From positions 687,771-751,770 of the forward strand of contig OZ244039.1 in NCBI GenBank assembly GCA_965215225.1: 64,000 nucleotides of DNA, read 5' to 3'. Shown here one piece after another: positions 40,601 through 55,600 of this stretch. The notes under the pieces are model-generated. The model was not told where the DNA came from, did no database searches, and saw nothing but the letters and a program-made list of their open reading frames with translations. Position numbers and translations under genes: made by a program. The stretch is from Gammaproteobacteria bacterium (lineage in GTDB: Bacteria > Pseudomonadota > Gammaproteobacteria > CBDBNL01 > JAAOII01). Position 1 is the first letter of the stretch, and each line of letters begins with the position of its first letter.

Positions 40601-43600
40601 GATTTGCGGGCGCTCTCCGATGAGTTAAAATCGGCAGTATAGGGATACCATTTGAAGCACTGTTGTGATTTGCGGGCGCTCTCCGATGAGTTAAAATAGA
40701 CAAGGGCAGATACGCCCTCGACATTAAGGTTGTGATTTGCGGGCGCTCTCCGATGAGTTAAAATCACCTCTTTAATCAATGACAACTACGCAAGTTGTGA
40801 TTTGCGGGCGCTCTCCGATGAGTTAAAATTAGAAATTAAACGCCCCGCGCCACGCCTGAGTTGTGATTTGCGGGCGCTCTCCGATGAGTTAAAATATATA
40901 GGACGGGCTGGTGCTATTATACCAGTTGTGATTTGCGGGCGCTCTCCGATGAGTTAAAATAAGTCCCTGCTCACAGGCGAGCGCGCCCGCGTTGTGATTT
41001 GCGGGCGCTCTCCGATGAGTTAAAATACGGCAATCGCGATAATCAATGAGATGAACGTTGTGATTTGCGGGCGCTCTCCGATGAGTTAAAATTAAATATG
41101 ATGTGCTGCTTAAAACCATCGCGTTGTGATTTGCGGGCGCTCTCCGATGAGTTAAAATTAAGTAAAGAGGCGATGGTCTATTATGCTAAGTTGTGATTTG
41201 CGGGCGCTCTCCGATGAGTTAAAATCAATATTTGCACCCGGTCTTAATGCCAGCCGTTGTGATTTGCGGGCGCTCTCCGATGAGTTAAAATCTACCTATC
41301 ACGATGTCGAGCGCTACGATAGTTGTGATTTGCGGGCGCTCTCCGATGAGTTAAAATTCCGGGTGATGGAGCATGCCATAGATATAAGTTGTGATTTGCG
41401 GGCGCTCTCCGATGAGTTAAAATGATGGGGTATGATAGAATATTAGTTAGACAGTTGTGATTTGCGGGCGCTCTCCGATGAGTTAAAATTATCTCCAATA
41501 TTAGCCAGCCTTATCCTTAGTTGTGATTTGCGGGCGCTCTCCGATGAGTTAAAATGATAGTCCAACCAATCATTAAACGCTTGCAGTTGTGATTTGCGGG
41601 CGCTCTCCGATGAGTTAAAATCAACTTATCCAAATCTACCAGGTCATAATAGTTGTGATTTGCGGGCGCTCTCCGATGAGTTAAAATCTCTCATATTGTC
41701 TTATAGCACAATAAAGAGTTGTGATTTGCGGGCGCTCTCCGATGAGTTAAAATAATGTGAAAAAGCAAGCGACCTGTTTTATAGTTGTGATTTGCGGGCG
41801 CTCTCCGATGAGTTAAAATTCTTGCGAGCCGCGGGCTTGCGCCAGAACTGTTGTGATTTGCGGGCGCTCTCCGATGAGTTAAAATATAAAAAAGACAATA
41901 GAGCAACAACAATACGTTGTGATTTGCGGGCGCTCTCCGATGAGTTAAAATAGCCAGGTGAAGCGAGCCACCTATTCTTTAGTTGTGATTTGCGGGCGCT
42001 CTCCGATGAGTTAAAATGGCTATCTTGGTATATGTGTTCATAATTTTGTTGTGATTTGCGGGCGCTCTCCGATGAGTTAAAATCTATTCGGCGGAGTAGA
42101 GCTACTACATAAGGTTGTGATTTGCGGGCGCTCTCCGATGAGTTAAAATGACCGCTCCGCCCATTCTTCTTTATGCCGGGTTGTGATTTGCGGGCGCTCT
42201 CCGATGAGTTAAAATGGCGGACCTCTGCCATGGCTTTTCCATATCGTTGTGATTTGCGGGCGCTCTCCGATGAGTTAAAATTAGCCCCAACCCAGATATA
42301 ACTAGAATTAAGTTGTGATTTGCGGGCGCTCTCCGATGAGTTAAAATGCCATCAGCCACCATCCAAACTTCTTATAAGTTGTGATTTGCGGGCGCTCTCC
42401 GATGAGTTAAAATGGTTATCTTCGCCAGTCTCTTCGCAACATTGTTGTGATTTGCGGGCGCTCTCCGATGAGTTAAAATCTATCGGCGATTCAAAAGACC
42501 CGGCTAAAAGTTGTGATTTGCGGGCGCTCTCCGATGAGTTAAAATATTTAATCTATTGCTAATTATCATCATATAGTTGTGATTTGCGGGCGCTCTCCGA
42601 TGAGTTAAAATGTTTGTAGGGCTGGTAGTTTTGAGGTTTGTGTTGTGATTTGCGGGCGCTCTCCGATGAGTTAAAATCTTCTTTGCCGAATTGATACGCC
42701 AGCTTTAGTTGTGATTTGCGGGCGCTCTCCGATGAGTTAAAATCTGTGGTTTCTCTGATGTCTGTGAAGCCCAGTTGTGATTTGCGGGCGCTCTCCGATG
42801 AGTTAAAATAGAGAAAAATAAAGTAGCCCCACCTTTTAGGTTGTGATTTGCGGGCGCTCTCCGATGAGTTAAAATCCTCAGTGTTGCTTATCTTTTCAAT
42901 AGTTCGTTGTGATTTGCGGGCGCTCTCCGATGAGTTAAAATCACCAAGAGTGCTATGAATTTGCGCCTCTTGTTGTGATTTGCGGGCGCTCTCCGATGAG
43001 TTAAAATCACTGAGAACCAAGCCATCCTTTCTCACCTGTTGTGATTTGCGGGCGCTCTCCGATGAGTTAAAATCTCCCTCCTGAACCAGAACATGACCGA
43101 GCCGTTGTGATTTGCGGGCGCTCTCCGATGAGTTAAAATGCGGGTGATCCCGGCGGCTATCTCTACCCGGTTGTGATTTGCGGGCGCTCTCCGATGAGTT
43201 AAAATCACATAGGCATACCTTCTATGCCTCGGCGGGTTGTGATTTGCGGGCGCTCTCCGATGAGTTAAAATACTTGACTGATTAGCAAGGCGTGATTCAA
43301 GGTTGTGATTTGCGGGCGCTCTCCGATGAGTTAAAATCAAAGTAGAACCAATCGAAATAAGAAGTCCGTTGTGATTTGCGGGCGCTCTCCGATGAGTTAA
43401 AATTCAAACTATAAGCTGAACTACTTGGAATATGTTGTGATTTGCGGGCGCTCTCCGATGAGTTAAAATCCAAGAACGGCGCGGGGGAGTATGAGGGGAG
43501 TTGTGATTTGCGGGCGCTCTCCGATGAGTTAAAATTCCCAGCCCGAGTCAGCGTATCTTTCAATGGTTGTGATTTGCGGGCGCTCTCCGATGAGTTAAAA

Positions 43601-46600
43601 TAAGAGGACTGGTCGGCTTGGCGGGTGGTAGTTGTGATTTGCGGGCGCTCTCCGATGAGTTAAAATTCTTAAGGACGAGGTGGCGAAGGGTGATGAGTTG
43701 TGATTTGCGGGCGCTCTCCGATGAGTTAAAATTACGAGTGTAGATGAAGCAGCTCACTATTAGTTGTGATTTGCGGGCGCTCTCCGATGAGTTAAAATAG
43801 AGACCAAAAACGGCCAGAGGATGATAAAGTTGTGATTTGCGGGCGCTCTCCGATGAGTTAAAATTTCTTATGACTGGGGCTCAGCTAGCCCATTGTTGTG
43901 ATTTGCGGGCGCTCTCCGATGAGTTAAAATTCCCTTTTGCCTCTAAATAAGCAGATTGAAGTTGTGATTTGCGGGCGCTCTCCGATGAGTTAAAATTGGT
44001 TCTTTCGAAGAGACCGATGAAAGGGAGTTGTGATTTGCGGGCGCTCTCCGATGAGTTAAAATGGCTTTCAGGTATTCTATTGAAGAGCAGAAGTTGTGAT
44101 TTGCGGGCGCTCTCCGATGAGTTAAAATTGGCGGCTGCTGGGGAGTTGTCAATTTCAGGTTGTGATTTGCGGGCGCTCTCCGATGAGTTAAAATCAGCAA
44201 GGAATTTTCAGAAAAGCTAGAACAGTTGTGATTTGCGGGCGCTCTCCGATGAGTTAAAATGGGCTAGTATGGGGAGGTTATTAATTGGTCGTTGTGATTT
44301 GCGGGCGCTCTCCGATGAGTTAAAATGCCGCCGGAGCATATAGACAAGAATCCGGTGTTGTGATTTGCGGGCGCTCTCCGATGAGTTAAAATGCTGAATC
44401 GCAGGGCAGATGGGTCTGGCAGGTTGTGATTTGCGGGCGCTCTCCGATGAGTTAAAATGTGTTGCCAAAGCTGAGCTAGCTCATCCGCGTTGTGATTTGC
44501 GGGCGCTCTCCGATGAGTTAAAATGAAGCAGTTTATCCGTGCTCTTGAAAGGAAGTTGTGATTTGCGGGCGCTCTCCGATGAGTTAAAATGAAGCAGTTT
44601 ATCCGTGCTCTTGAAAGGAAGTTGTGATTTGCGGGCGCTCTCCGATGAGTTAAAATCACATTCAGAAAGAAATCGGGCTGGAGTTTGTTGTGATTTGCGG
44701 GCGCTCTCCGATGAGTTAAAATTGCCACCAGTTAACGGTCTAGCATATTGGAGTTGTGATTTGCGGGCGCTCTCCGATGAGTTAAAATACCGGGCCAGAT
44801 GAGGAGTATAGGGATTGGGTTGTGATTTGCGGGCGCTCTCCGATGAGTTAAAATCATAGCCTCCTTAGTTAACTCATCCCGCCAGTTGTGATTTGCGGGC
44901 GCTCTCCGATGAGTTAAAATTTAGGAGACTATTATGCGAACTAAAATTCCGTTGTGATTTGCGGGCGCTCTCCGATGAGTTAAAATGAAAGAGACGGCAT
45001 ATGCCCCAAATGGATAGTTGTGATTTGCGGGCGCTCTCCGATGAGTTAAAATAGTAGTAGCCGTGCCCTGTGTGATATTGGAGTTGTGATTTGCGGGCGC
45101 TCTCCGATGAGTTAAAATTTTCTGGGCGATTGGCTTACCAGAAAAGAGTTGTGATTTGCGGGCGCTCTCCGATGAGTTAAAATGTGATAAGAGCGATATA
45201 GTTAAGATACTTCGTTGTGATTTGCGGGCGCTCTCCGATGAGTTAAAATGGCCGGGAAGGTGGTCCCAGCCGGGACCAGGTTGTGATTTGCGGGCGCTCT
45301 CCGATGAGTTAAAATAAGGAACGGCGGAAGGATTGATGGGATTAAGTTGTGATTTGCGGGCGCTCTCCGATGAGTTAAAATGAGCAAATTAGCGAGCAGC
45401 TTAATCAATAAGTTGTGATTTGCGGGCGCTCTCCGATGAGTTAAAATGGTCGCGGTGGCAATCCCGCCGCCAACCTCGTTGTGATTTGCGGGCGCTCTCC
45501 GATGAGTTAAAATGAACATAAGGGAGGACGAGTTGAAGGGGAAGTTGTGATTTGCGGGCGCTCTCCGATGAGTTAAAATCTGCCAAAAATCGTCCCTTCT
45601 CTTGACAAGGTTGTGATTTGCGGGCGCTCTCCGATGAGTTAAAATTTGAATAAAATAAATACCTGTTTTACTATAGTTGTGATTTGCGGGCGCTCTCCGA
45701 TGAGTTAAAATTCAATCATCTTTCTTTCTTTCTCGATTCATGTTGTGATTTGCGGGCGCTCTCCGATGAGTTAAAATGATGAGCCGTGGCATTATACCAG
45801 CCGCGACGTTGTGATTTGCGGGCGCTCTCCGATGAGTTAAAATCGGCTTTAAGGTGCTGAACTGATGAAGTTAGTTGTGATTTGCGGGCGCTCTCCGATG
45901 AGTTAAAATCTATTCGCTTGAACGCCTTGCCTTCTTACTGTTGTGATTTGCGGGCGCTCTCCGATGAGTTAAAATTTTATTGAATATCAGACTTACGAAG
46001 ATGCAGTTGTGATTTGCGGGCGCTCTCCGATGAGTTAAAATATCAAGTATTGCCAATGCCTCTCCTTGATGGTTGTGATTTGCGGGCGCTCTCCGATGAG
46101 TTAAAATTGAGATTAAAGTCAGTATCAGCCAAGAAAGGTTGTGATTTGCGGGCGCTCTCCGATGAGTTAAAATTAACTTTCATAATACTAAACAAAAAAA
46201 GGCGTTGTGATTTGCGGGCGCTCTCCGATGAGTTAAAATAATGCTTTAGGCAAAGTCATCGGCTCGCTAGTTGTGATTTGCGGGCGCTCTCCGATGAGTT
46301 AAAATCGGGAGGGCTGGAGGGTTTTATCACCTACAGTTGTGATTTGCGGGCGCTCTCCGATGAGTTAAAATATGCGAGGGGCTGCCATATCCATATCACC
46401 GGTTGTGATTTGCGGGCGCTCTCCGATGAGTTAAAATATGCACGGAGCGGGGGAGCTGAGCATCTCGGTTGTGATTTGCGGGCGCTCTCCGATGAGTTAA
46501 AATGAACGATTTGGAGCTTCTTGGCGTTTTGCAGTTGTGATTTGCGGGCGCTCTCCGATGAGTTAAAATGCCAGATAATCAAGCCCATCCCAAACCAATG

Positions 46601-49600
46601 TTGTGATTTGCGGGCGCTCTCCGATGAGTTAAAATCCACGCTCAAAAATGAGCTGGCTGAGCTTAGTTGTGATTTGCGGGCGCTCTCCGATGAGTTAAAA
46701 TGGTAGAAAGCGACTGGACTGAAGCAGTAGCGTTGTGATTTGCGGGCGCTCTCCGATGAGTTAAAATGACTATTGACGCGACCCATTATGAACCAGAGTT
46801 GTGATTTGCGGGCGCTCTCCGATGAGTTAAAATGACTATTGACGCGACCCATTATGAACCAGAGTTGTGATTTGCGGGCGCTCTCCGATGAGTTAAAATT
46901 CCTGTTCTTGTAGATCGTTCGACCCGCTAGTTGTGATTTGCGGGCGCTCTCCGATGAGTTAAAATCAGTTGACGCCAACCACACGCGCTCATTAAGTTGT
47001 GATTTGCGGGCGCTCTCCGATGAGTTAAAATGAGCATAAAGATAAGCTGGAATATAAGATAGTTGTGATTTGCGGGCGCTCTCCGATGAGTTAAAATCCA
47101 TCATATACCGGTAACGTGGCTTAGCACGTTGTGATTTGCGGGCGCTCTCCGATGAGTTAAAATCAACTCGCCATTAAGATGACTAAGCTATTGGTTGTGA
47201 TTTGCGGGCGCTCTCCGATGAGTTAAAATACTTTATATGGCGGAATGTATCCGACCAGCGTTGTGATTTGCGGGCGCTCTCCGATGAGTTAAAATAATTT
47301 TTACAGGCGGAAGGAATTTTTAAGAGTTGTGATTTGCGGGCGCTCTCCGATGAGTTAAAATCTCGGACTCATTCGCTAAGCGAGACTCAAGGTTGTGATT
47401 TGCGGGCGCTCTCCGATGAGTTAAAATTTGTTTGGATGGCTATTAATGAAGCGAACCGTTGTGATTTGCGGGCGCTCTCCGATGAGTTAAAATATTGCTT
47501 CGGGGAAGGCGGCCGCCGGGCCGGTTGTGATTTGCGGGCGCTCTCCGATGAGTTAAAATAAGAAGGCGCTGAAATACCACCACCAACCGGTTGTGATTTG
47601 CGGGCGCTCTCCGATGAGTTAAAATTTGATATAAAGGGTCAGATGTAGGATGGCGGTTGTGATTTGCGGGCGCTCTCCGATGAGTTAAAATGCTAGTAAG
47701 ACCATAACTCATCTAGCGCTTGTTGTGATTTGCGGGCGCTCTCCGATGAGTTAAAATCTTCGGTGAGTGAGATGGTGAAGCACGCAAGTTGTGATTTGCG
47801 GGCGCTCTCCGATGAGTTAAAATGGAGGTTCCTGCCTATGATGGCGGGCTGGAGTTGTGATTTGCGGGCGCTCTCCGATGAGTTAAAATACTCAGCTGGC
47901 TAATGAGCTGAGCTTAAAGGTTGTGATTTGCGGGCGCTCTCCGATGAGTTAAAATCACTCGGCAGGCGCTCGCACAACCAACCCAGTTGTGATTTGCGGG
48001 CGCTCTCCGATGAGTTAAAATACAAAACATCGGAGCGTTCCTGCATCGTTCGTTGTGATTTGCGGGCGCTCTCCGATGAGTTAAAATTGATGATACTCCC
48101 ATCTTAAACCCTGAGGAGTTGTGATTTGCGGGCGCTCTCCGATGAGTTAAAATTTGCGCTCTGTCGTGGAATAATGAAGAAGAGTTGTGATTTGCGGGCG
48201 CTCTCCGATGAGTTAAAATCTCGATACTACTATCGCCCGGCAAACCGGCGTTGTGATTTGCGGGCGCTCTCCGATGAGTTAAAATATAGCCATCCTCATC
48301 CTCTATCTCATCCTTGTTGTGATTTGCGGGCGCTCTCCGATGAGTTAAAATGTAAGCGGACGGCGGCGTCTTAAACAATACGTTGTGATTTGCGGGCGCT
48401 CTCCGATGAGTTAAAATTACCAAGCCCAAATCCAAACAACCAAACAAGTTGTGATTTGCGGGCGCTCTCCGATGAGTTAAAATTTTGGGCTGAGGCGAGG
48501 CATCCCATGAGGTGTTGTGATTTGCGGGCGCTCTCCGATGAGTTAAAATGGCGCTTTATCTTGGTCGTTCGGACCGAGTGTTGTGATTTGCGGGCGCTCT
48601 CCGATGAGTTAAAATATCGAGAGAAAATATAAGGTGCATAGAGAAGTTGTGATTTGCGGGCGCTCTCCGATGAGTTAAAATGTTTATTAGCAATACTCAA
48701 TCTGCAAGGCGGTTGTGATTTGCGGGCGCTCTCCGATGAGTTAAAATATACCAAGACCGCTCCCGTGATGATATCGCGTTGTGATTTGCGGGCGCTCTCC
48801 GATGAGTTAAAATACCATAGAACAATATATTGTCATTGTTCCTGTTGTGATTTGCGGGCGCTCTCCGATGAGTTAAAATCATCGCAATTGCATTGATATC
48901 TACTCAGAAGTTGTGATTTGCGGGCGCTCTCCGATGAGTTAAAATACAAATATAGTGAGCCCTCCTCTTATATGCGTTGTGATTTGCGGGCGCTCTCCGA
49001 TGAGTTAAAATATAATACCCGAGCACGCCAAAGCATAATAAGTTGTGATTTGCGGGCGCTCTCCGATGAGTTAAAATTGATTGATCGAGACAAGTTACCA
49101 CTGCTTAGTTGTGATTTGCGGGCGCTCTCCGATGAGTTAAAATACCGTAATGGATTAATATACCCGACCGACCGTTGTGATTTGCGGGCGCTCTCCGATG
49201 AGTTAAAATCGATGTTGATCTGCGGGTAATAAGAACTATGTTGTGATTTGCGGGCGCTCTCCGATGAGTTAAAATCCCGAGAGCATTGAATTATGGCTGG
49301 ACGGCAGTTGTGATTTGCGGGCGCTCTCCGATGAGTTAAAATCCCATATACCGCCAGTAAGACCGGGCGCATGTTGTGATTTGCGGGCGCTCTCCGATGA
49401 GTTAAAATCATGCCACCTATATTGCGGACGCATTGCGCGTTGTGATTTGCGGGCGCTCTCCGATGAGTTAAAATGCAATCCTGCCGTATAATAATAGCTG
49501 AGAGGTTGTGATTTGCGGGCGCTCTCCGATGAGTTAAAATTTATGTGCCGAACGGATGGGAGGAAGGGGAGTTGTGATTTGCGGGCGCTCTCCGATGAGT

Positions 49601-52600
49601 TAAAATCCGCTTGGGAAGAATTAAACATAGTGATAGGTTGTGATTTGCGGGCGCTCTCCGATGAGTTAAAATCGCCGATCACACCACATCAATCGGCTCG
49701 CGGTTGTGATTTGCGGGCGCTCTCCGATGAGTTAAAATATATGGCAGGGGGGACCATTATCCAGCACGGTTGTGATTTGCGGGCGCTCTCCGATGAGTTA
49801 AAATGTCTGTTGATTCAAAATTATCATCGCCATAGTTGTGATTTGCGGGCGCTCTCCGATGAGTTAAAATCGCTATTCCTTTCTCTACTGCCATTATACA
49901 GTTGTGATTTGCGGGCGCTCTCCGATGAGTTAAAATCATAAATAAATGTATTATGCTTACTATTATGTTGTGATTTGCGGGCGCTCTCCGATGAGTTAAA
50001 ATGACTACTGATATTCCGGCATCCGGTCTTGAGTTGTGATTTGCGGGCGCTCTCCGATGAGTTAAAATTGTAGTAAGAACGAGTCGGTTGGGTAGTATGT
50101 TGTGATTTGCGGGCGCTCTCCGATGAGTTAAAATGGATTTGCCGTCCATCAAAATAATAGATTATGTTGTGATTTGCGGGCGCTCTCCGATGAGTTAAAA
50201 TCCATTGGCATCGATTCAGTTCAAACTGAAAGTTGTGATTTGCGGGCGCTCTCCGATGAGTTAAAATCGATTATTGCCCATAAAACCAGAAGGGGCAGTT
50301 GTGATTTGCGGGCGCTCTCCGATGAGTTAAAATCGCTGACTTATGGTGAAGCGGCGACTGTTGGTTGTGATTTGCGGGCGCTCTCCGATGAGTTAAAATC
50401 GGATGATACCGTGGATGTTCTTACCCTCCGTTGTGATTTGCGGGCGCTCTCCGATGAGTTAAAATTGACTTTATGAAGATAAACCAGCATGCGCTGTTGT
50501 GATTTGCGGGCGCTCTCCGATGAGTTAAAATTTCAAACCAAATATCCTTTTCTGAATGTTCGTTGTGATTTGCGGGCGCTCTCCGATGAGTTAAAATCTG
50601 ATGATGTAATTATTGAAGGGTCCCAGGGTTGTGATTTGCGGGCGCTCTCCGATGAGTTAAAATAAAAGTTCTGGGCTACTCATCGCACGGGCGGTTGTGA
50701 TTTGCGGGCGCTCTCCGATGAGTTAAAATGCTCGTTTTGTTGGTTTTTTTGGTGCGTCAGTTGTGATTTGCGGGCGCTCTCCGATGAGTTAAAATAATTC
50801 GTTTCCGCATCGGTCATGTTCTTAGGTTGTGATTTGCGGGCACTCTCCGATGAGTTAAAATTTTTCTTGTATGGGACTTATGAATGCTATTGTTGTGATT
50901 TGCGGGCGCTCTCCGATGAGTTAAAATTACCAATCCTATATTCCCCCCAGATACTAAGTTGTGATTTGCGGGCGCTCTCCGATGAGTTAAAATCCGAGGC
51001 AACCTACATCCTCACCACCCCCGGTTGTGATTTGCGGGCGCTCTCCGATGAGTTAAAATCGGTTGAATTTCAACAATTCAGACAACCCAGTTGTGATTTG
51101 CGGGCGCTCTCCGATGAGTTAAAATCAATAAGAACGGATTGAATGATAACTGAATGTTGTGATTTGCGGGCGCTCTCCGATGAGTTAAAATTAATGGTTT
51201 GTGTTTAGTTTCTTTGCCTTTGTTGTGATTTGCGGGCGCTCTCCGATGAGTTAAAATTATGCCTATAAAGAGCCAATGGCACTACCAGTTGTGATTTGCG
51301 GGCGCTCTCCGATGAGTTAAAATTCTGCGGGCGGAGGAGTGGAATTCTATCATAGTTGTGATTTGCGGGCGCTCTCCGATGAGTTAAAATACACGCTCCA
51401 GGACTTATTTAGTCCTGTGCGTTGTGATTTGCGGGCGCTCTCCGATGAGTTAAAATTGGATGGCTAAGCTGAAGCTCCTTTCATTAGTTGTGATTTGCGG
51501 GCGCTCTCCGATGAGTTAAAATAGCTGGTAGGGATTTATCAGCTGGAGGTTAGTTGTGATTTGCGGGCGCTCTCCGATGAGTTAAAATTATCGGTCGTCT
51601 TATCAATACCTCATTAACGTTGTGATTTGCGGGCGCTCTCCGATGAGTTAAAATGGTCAGCTAGCCCGTTCAGTATAGGCTGGTGTTGTGATTTGCGGGC
51701 GCTCTCCGATGAGTTAAAATGTATATTTTAAGGGCGGCGGGGAGTTTATTGTTGTGATTTGCGGGCGCTCTCCGATGAGTTAAAATAGGCTCACGCTTAG
51801 GCGCTCGGGTTGAATTGTTGTGATTTGCGGGCGCTCTCCGATGAGTTAAAATTCACGGACCGAGGCAATGATTTATTGGGACGTTGTGATTTGCGGGCGC
51901 TCTCCGATGAGTTAAAATGATGATAGCCATGAGGGTTGGTTTTTGAATGTTGTGATTTGCGGGCGCTCTCCGATGAGTTAAAATGCGCCAAAGATGGCAG
52001 CTGAATAATAAAGTGTTGTGATTTGCGGGCGCTCTCCGATGAGTTAAAATATGATTGGCTAGGCAAGGGTATAAAGAGCCGTTGTGATTTGCGGGCGCTC
52101 TCCGATGAGTTAAAATCTCTGTCCCGCTCATACCAATATTCATCTTGTTGTGATTTGCGGGCGCTCTCCGATGAGTTAAAATCCAAACCAAAATGGCGCT
52201 TATAAGCCAAAGGTTGTGATTTGCGGGCGCTCTCCGATGAGTTAAAATGATGACCTTGACACTCTATCGGATAGAGTGGTTGTGATTTGCGGGCGCTCTC
52301 CGATGAGTTAAAATCGGGGAAAACGCCCCCCGTAGCAATAACTTGTTGTGATTTGCGGGCGCTCTCCGATGAGTTAAAATCGCCCGCGCACCGCCTTACT
52401 GCACTATGACGTTGTGATTTGCGGGCGCTCTCCGATGAGTTAAAATGCGCTCGTTAGCTCGGGTCTTTCTTAACTCGTTGTGATTTGCGGGCGCTCTCCG
52501 ATGAGTTAAAATCTTAGCTAATCAGGCAATAACAGGGGCAGCGTTGTGATTTGCGGGCGCTCTCCGATGAGTTAAAATTAATGAACTGAAATCCCCCAGA

Positions 52601-55600
52601 AGCTAATCGTTGTGATTTGCGGGCGCTCTCCGATGAGTTAAAATAAAAGTTCTATCGCTATCCCCATCAGCCTCGTTGTGATTTGCGGGCGCTCTCCGAT
52701 GAGTTAAAATCAAATGAACCGGGTGATCATCTTAAAGAAGGTTGTGATTTGCGGGCGCTCTCCGATGAGTTAAAATCTAGGGTCTCTTCGACCCGCAAGA
52801 CCAAAGGTTGTGATTTGCGGGCGCTCTCCGATGAGTTAAAATCAAGTATTTTATTAAGGCGTGCGCGCGGGTGTTGTGATTTGCGGGCGCTCTCCGATGA
52901 GTTAAAATGATGATTTGTTGGTTATAAATCTCACCAAAGTTGTGATTTGCGGGCGCTCTCCGATGAGTTAAAATTCGCACTCTTGCTTCAATCTCCGCCA
53001 GTCCGTTGTGATTTGCGGGCGCTCTCCGATGAGTTAAAATTGGTCGCCAGGATGATCGAGAAAGTGGGGAGTTGTGATTTGCGGGCGCTCTCCGATGAGT
53101 TAAAATGAAGGGCAAGCCCCACCCTGCCACCGTGGCGTTGTGATTTGCGGGCGCTCTCCGATGAGTTAAAATAAGAGGGGCTTGATCAATTCTTCGACCA
53201 AGGTTGTGATTTGCGGGCGCTCTCCGATGAGTTAAAATTTGCGAGCCAAGTGTTCGCGATCACGGGGGCGTTGTGATTTGCGGGCGCTCTCCGATGAGTT
53301 AAAATGATCAACCGTCGCGTCAATCGGCTCTTGTTGTTGTGATTTGCGGGCGCTCTCCGATGAGTTAAAATCATTTAGTTTGTTTGCCGGGCAAAGTGAG
53401 AGTTGTGATTTGCGGGCGCTCTCCGATGAGTTAAAATACCGATGGCGCGCGGCTCATCCGAGCCGAAGTTGTGATTTGCGGGCGCTCTCCGATGAGTTAA
53501 AATTTGGGGATGGATGCAAATTGGCCGCCCCTAGTTGTGATTTGCGGGCGCTCTCCGATGAGTTAAAATGATGATTTGTTGGTTATAAATCTCACCAAAG
53601 TTGTGATTTGCGGGCGCTCTCCGATGAGTTAAAATGCTGCGCCAGCTGGGGCAAGGGCTTGGCGAGTTGTGATTTGCGGGCGCTCTCCGATGAGTTAAAA
53701 TTTAAGGTTGGTGGGAGTGAGCGTGAGCGCGGTTGTGATTTGCGGGCGCTCTCCGATGAGTTAAAATAGAAGATAAAGGAGGAATTATTACGCCTATGTT
53801 GTGATTTGCGGGCGCTCTCCGATGAGTTAAAATTTATTGCGATCAGGCTTCACCCGAATCTGAGTTGTGATTTGCGGGCGCTCTCCGATGAGTTAAAATA
53901 TCAGCGGCGACTACAAAAGAGGCGCTAGAGTTGTGATTTGCGGGCGCTCTCCGATGAGTTAAAATTTACTTTTCTTTACTTAGTTTACTACAGTAGTTGT
54001 GATTTGCGGGCGCTCTCCGATGAGTTAAAATCCCTATACTCCTCATCTGGCCCGGTATGCAGTTGTGATTTGCGGGCGCTCTCCGATGAGTTAAAATCAA
54101 GCCTGTGGTATCCACTGAATTGGAGCAGTTGTGATTTGCGGGCGCTCTCCGATGAGTTAAAATACTAAAATCGACCAACAAAGGAGAAGGCACGTTGTGA
54201 TTTGCGGGCGCTCTCCGATGAGTTAAAATCGACCTCATATAGAGCCGAAAGCAGACCTAGTTGTGATTTGCGGGCGCTCTCCGATGAGTTAAAATAATAG
54301 CGCATGCGGTTCTCTTTCTTAGGGAGTTGTGATTTGCGGGCGCTCTCCGATGAGTTAAAATTCATTGTATTATACAACGCAGTCAGCACATGTTGTGATT
54401 TGCGGGCGCTCTCCGATGAGTTAAAATCGACCTCATATAGAGCCGAAAGCAGACCTAGTTGTGATTTGCGGGCGCTCTCCGATGAGTTAAAATTTTAAAC
54501 ACATCCAAAGCCGATTCAATAGCGTTGTGATTTGCGGGCGCTCTCCGATGAGTTAAAATGTGAGCGGGACTCTGCCCGACCAATTTGACGTTGTGATTTG
54601 CGGGCGCTCTCCGATGAGTTAAAATGCTCGTACAGCTGATTAGTACCAAACTCTTGTTGTGATTTGCGGGCGCTCTCCGATGAGTTAAAATCGTGAAAAA
54701 CAACACCAGTATTGCTAGGCAGTTGTGATTTGCGGGCGCTCTCCGATGAGTTAAAATAAAATAATCATCCTAGATCTCCGTAGAGGTGTTGTGATTTGCG
54801 GGCGCTCTCCGATGAGTTAAAATAATCCAAAGAAGATCGGCTATTATCTGAAGTTGTGATTTGCGGGCGCTCTCCGATGAGTTAAAATCGATTCCGAGAA
54901 CGAGATGATCTGTGCGAGGTTGTGATTTGCGGGCGCTCTCCGATGAGTTAAAATGGTGCTCGGCCGAGGTATTATTAAAGACCAGTTGTGATTTGCGGGC
55001 GCTCTCCGATGAGTTAAAATCGGCGTAGCTAAGGACATTCAATCGGTAAAGTTGTGATTTGCGGGCGCTCTCCGATGAGTTAAAATCGCCCGCCATCATA
55101 ACTCACCGATTGGCCGGTTGTGATTTGCGGGCGCTCTCCGATGAGTTAAAATTCAACCGAGGGGCGAGTATCTTAATTGATGGTTGTGATTTGCGGGCGC
55201 TCTCCGATGAGTTAAAATTGGTGGGGGGAGATCGAACGGGAGGACAAGTTGTGATTTGCGGGCGCTCTCCGATGAGTTAAAATAAAATTAATGTCAACGC
55301 CATAATGGGTGAGGTTGTGATTTGCGGGCGCTCTCCGATGAGTTAAAATCCCATTTTATTTTACTAGCGTCCATCGATAGTTGTGATTTGCGGGCGCTCT
55401 CCGATGAGTTAAAATTCATAATTTTTCCTCAAAGTTATGATTACTGTTGTGATTTGCGGGCGCTCTCCGATGAGTTAAAATCTATTTTAGGTAGTGATAT
55501 AAGCGCTGAATGTTGTGATTTGCGGGCGCTCTCCGATGAGTTAAAATGAGCAGCAGAAGTCAATAAGTGGCTTTCTAGTTGTGATTTGCGGGCGCTCTCC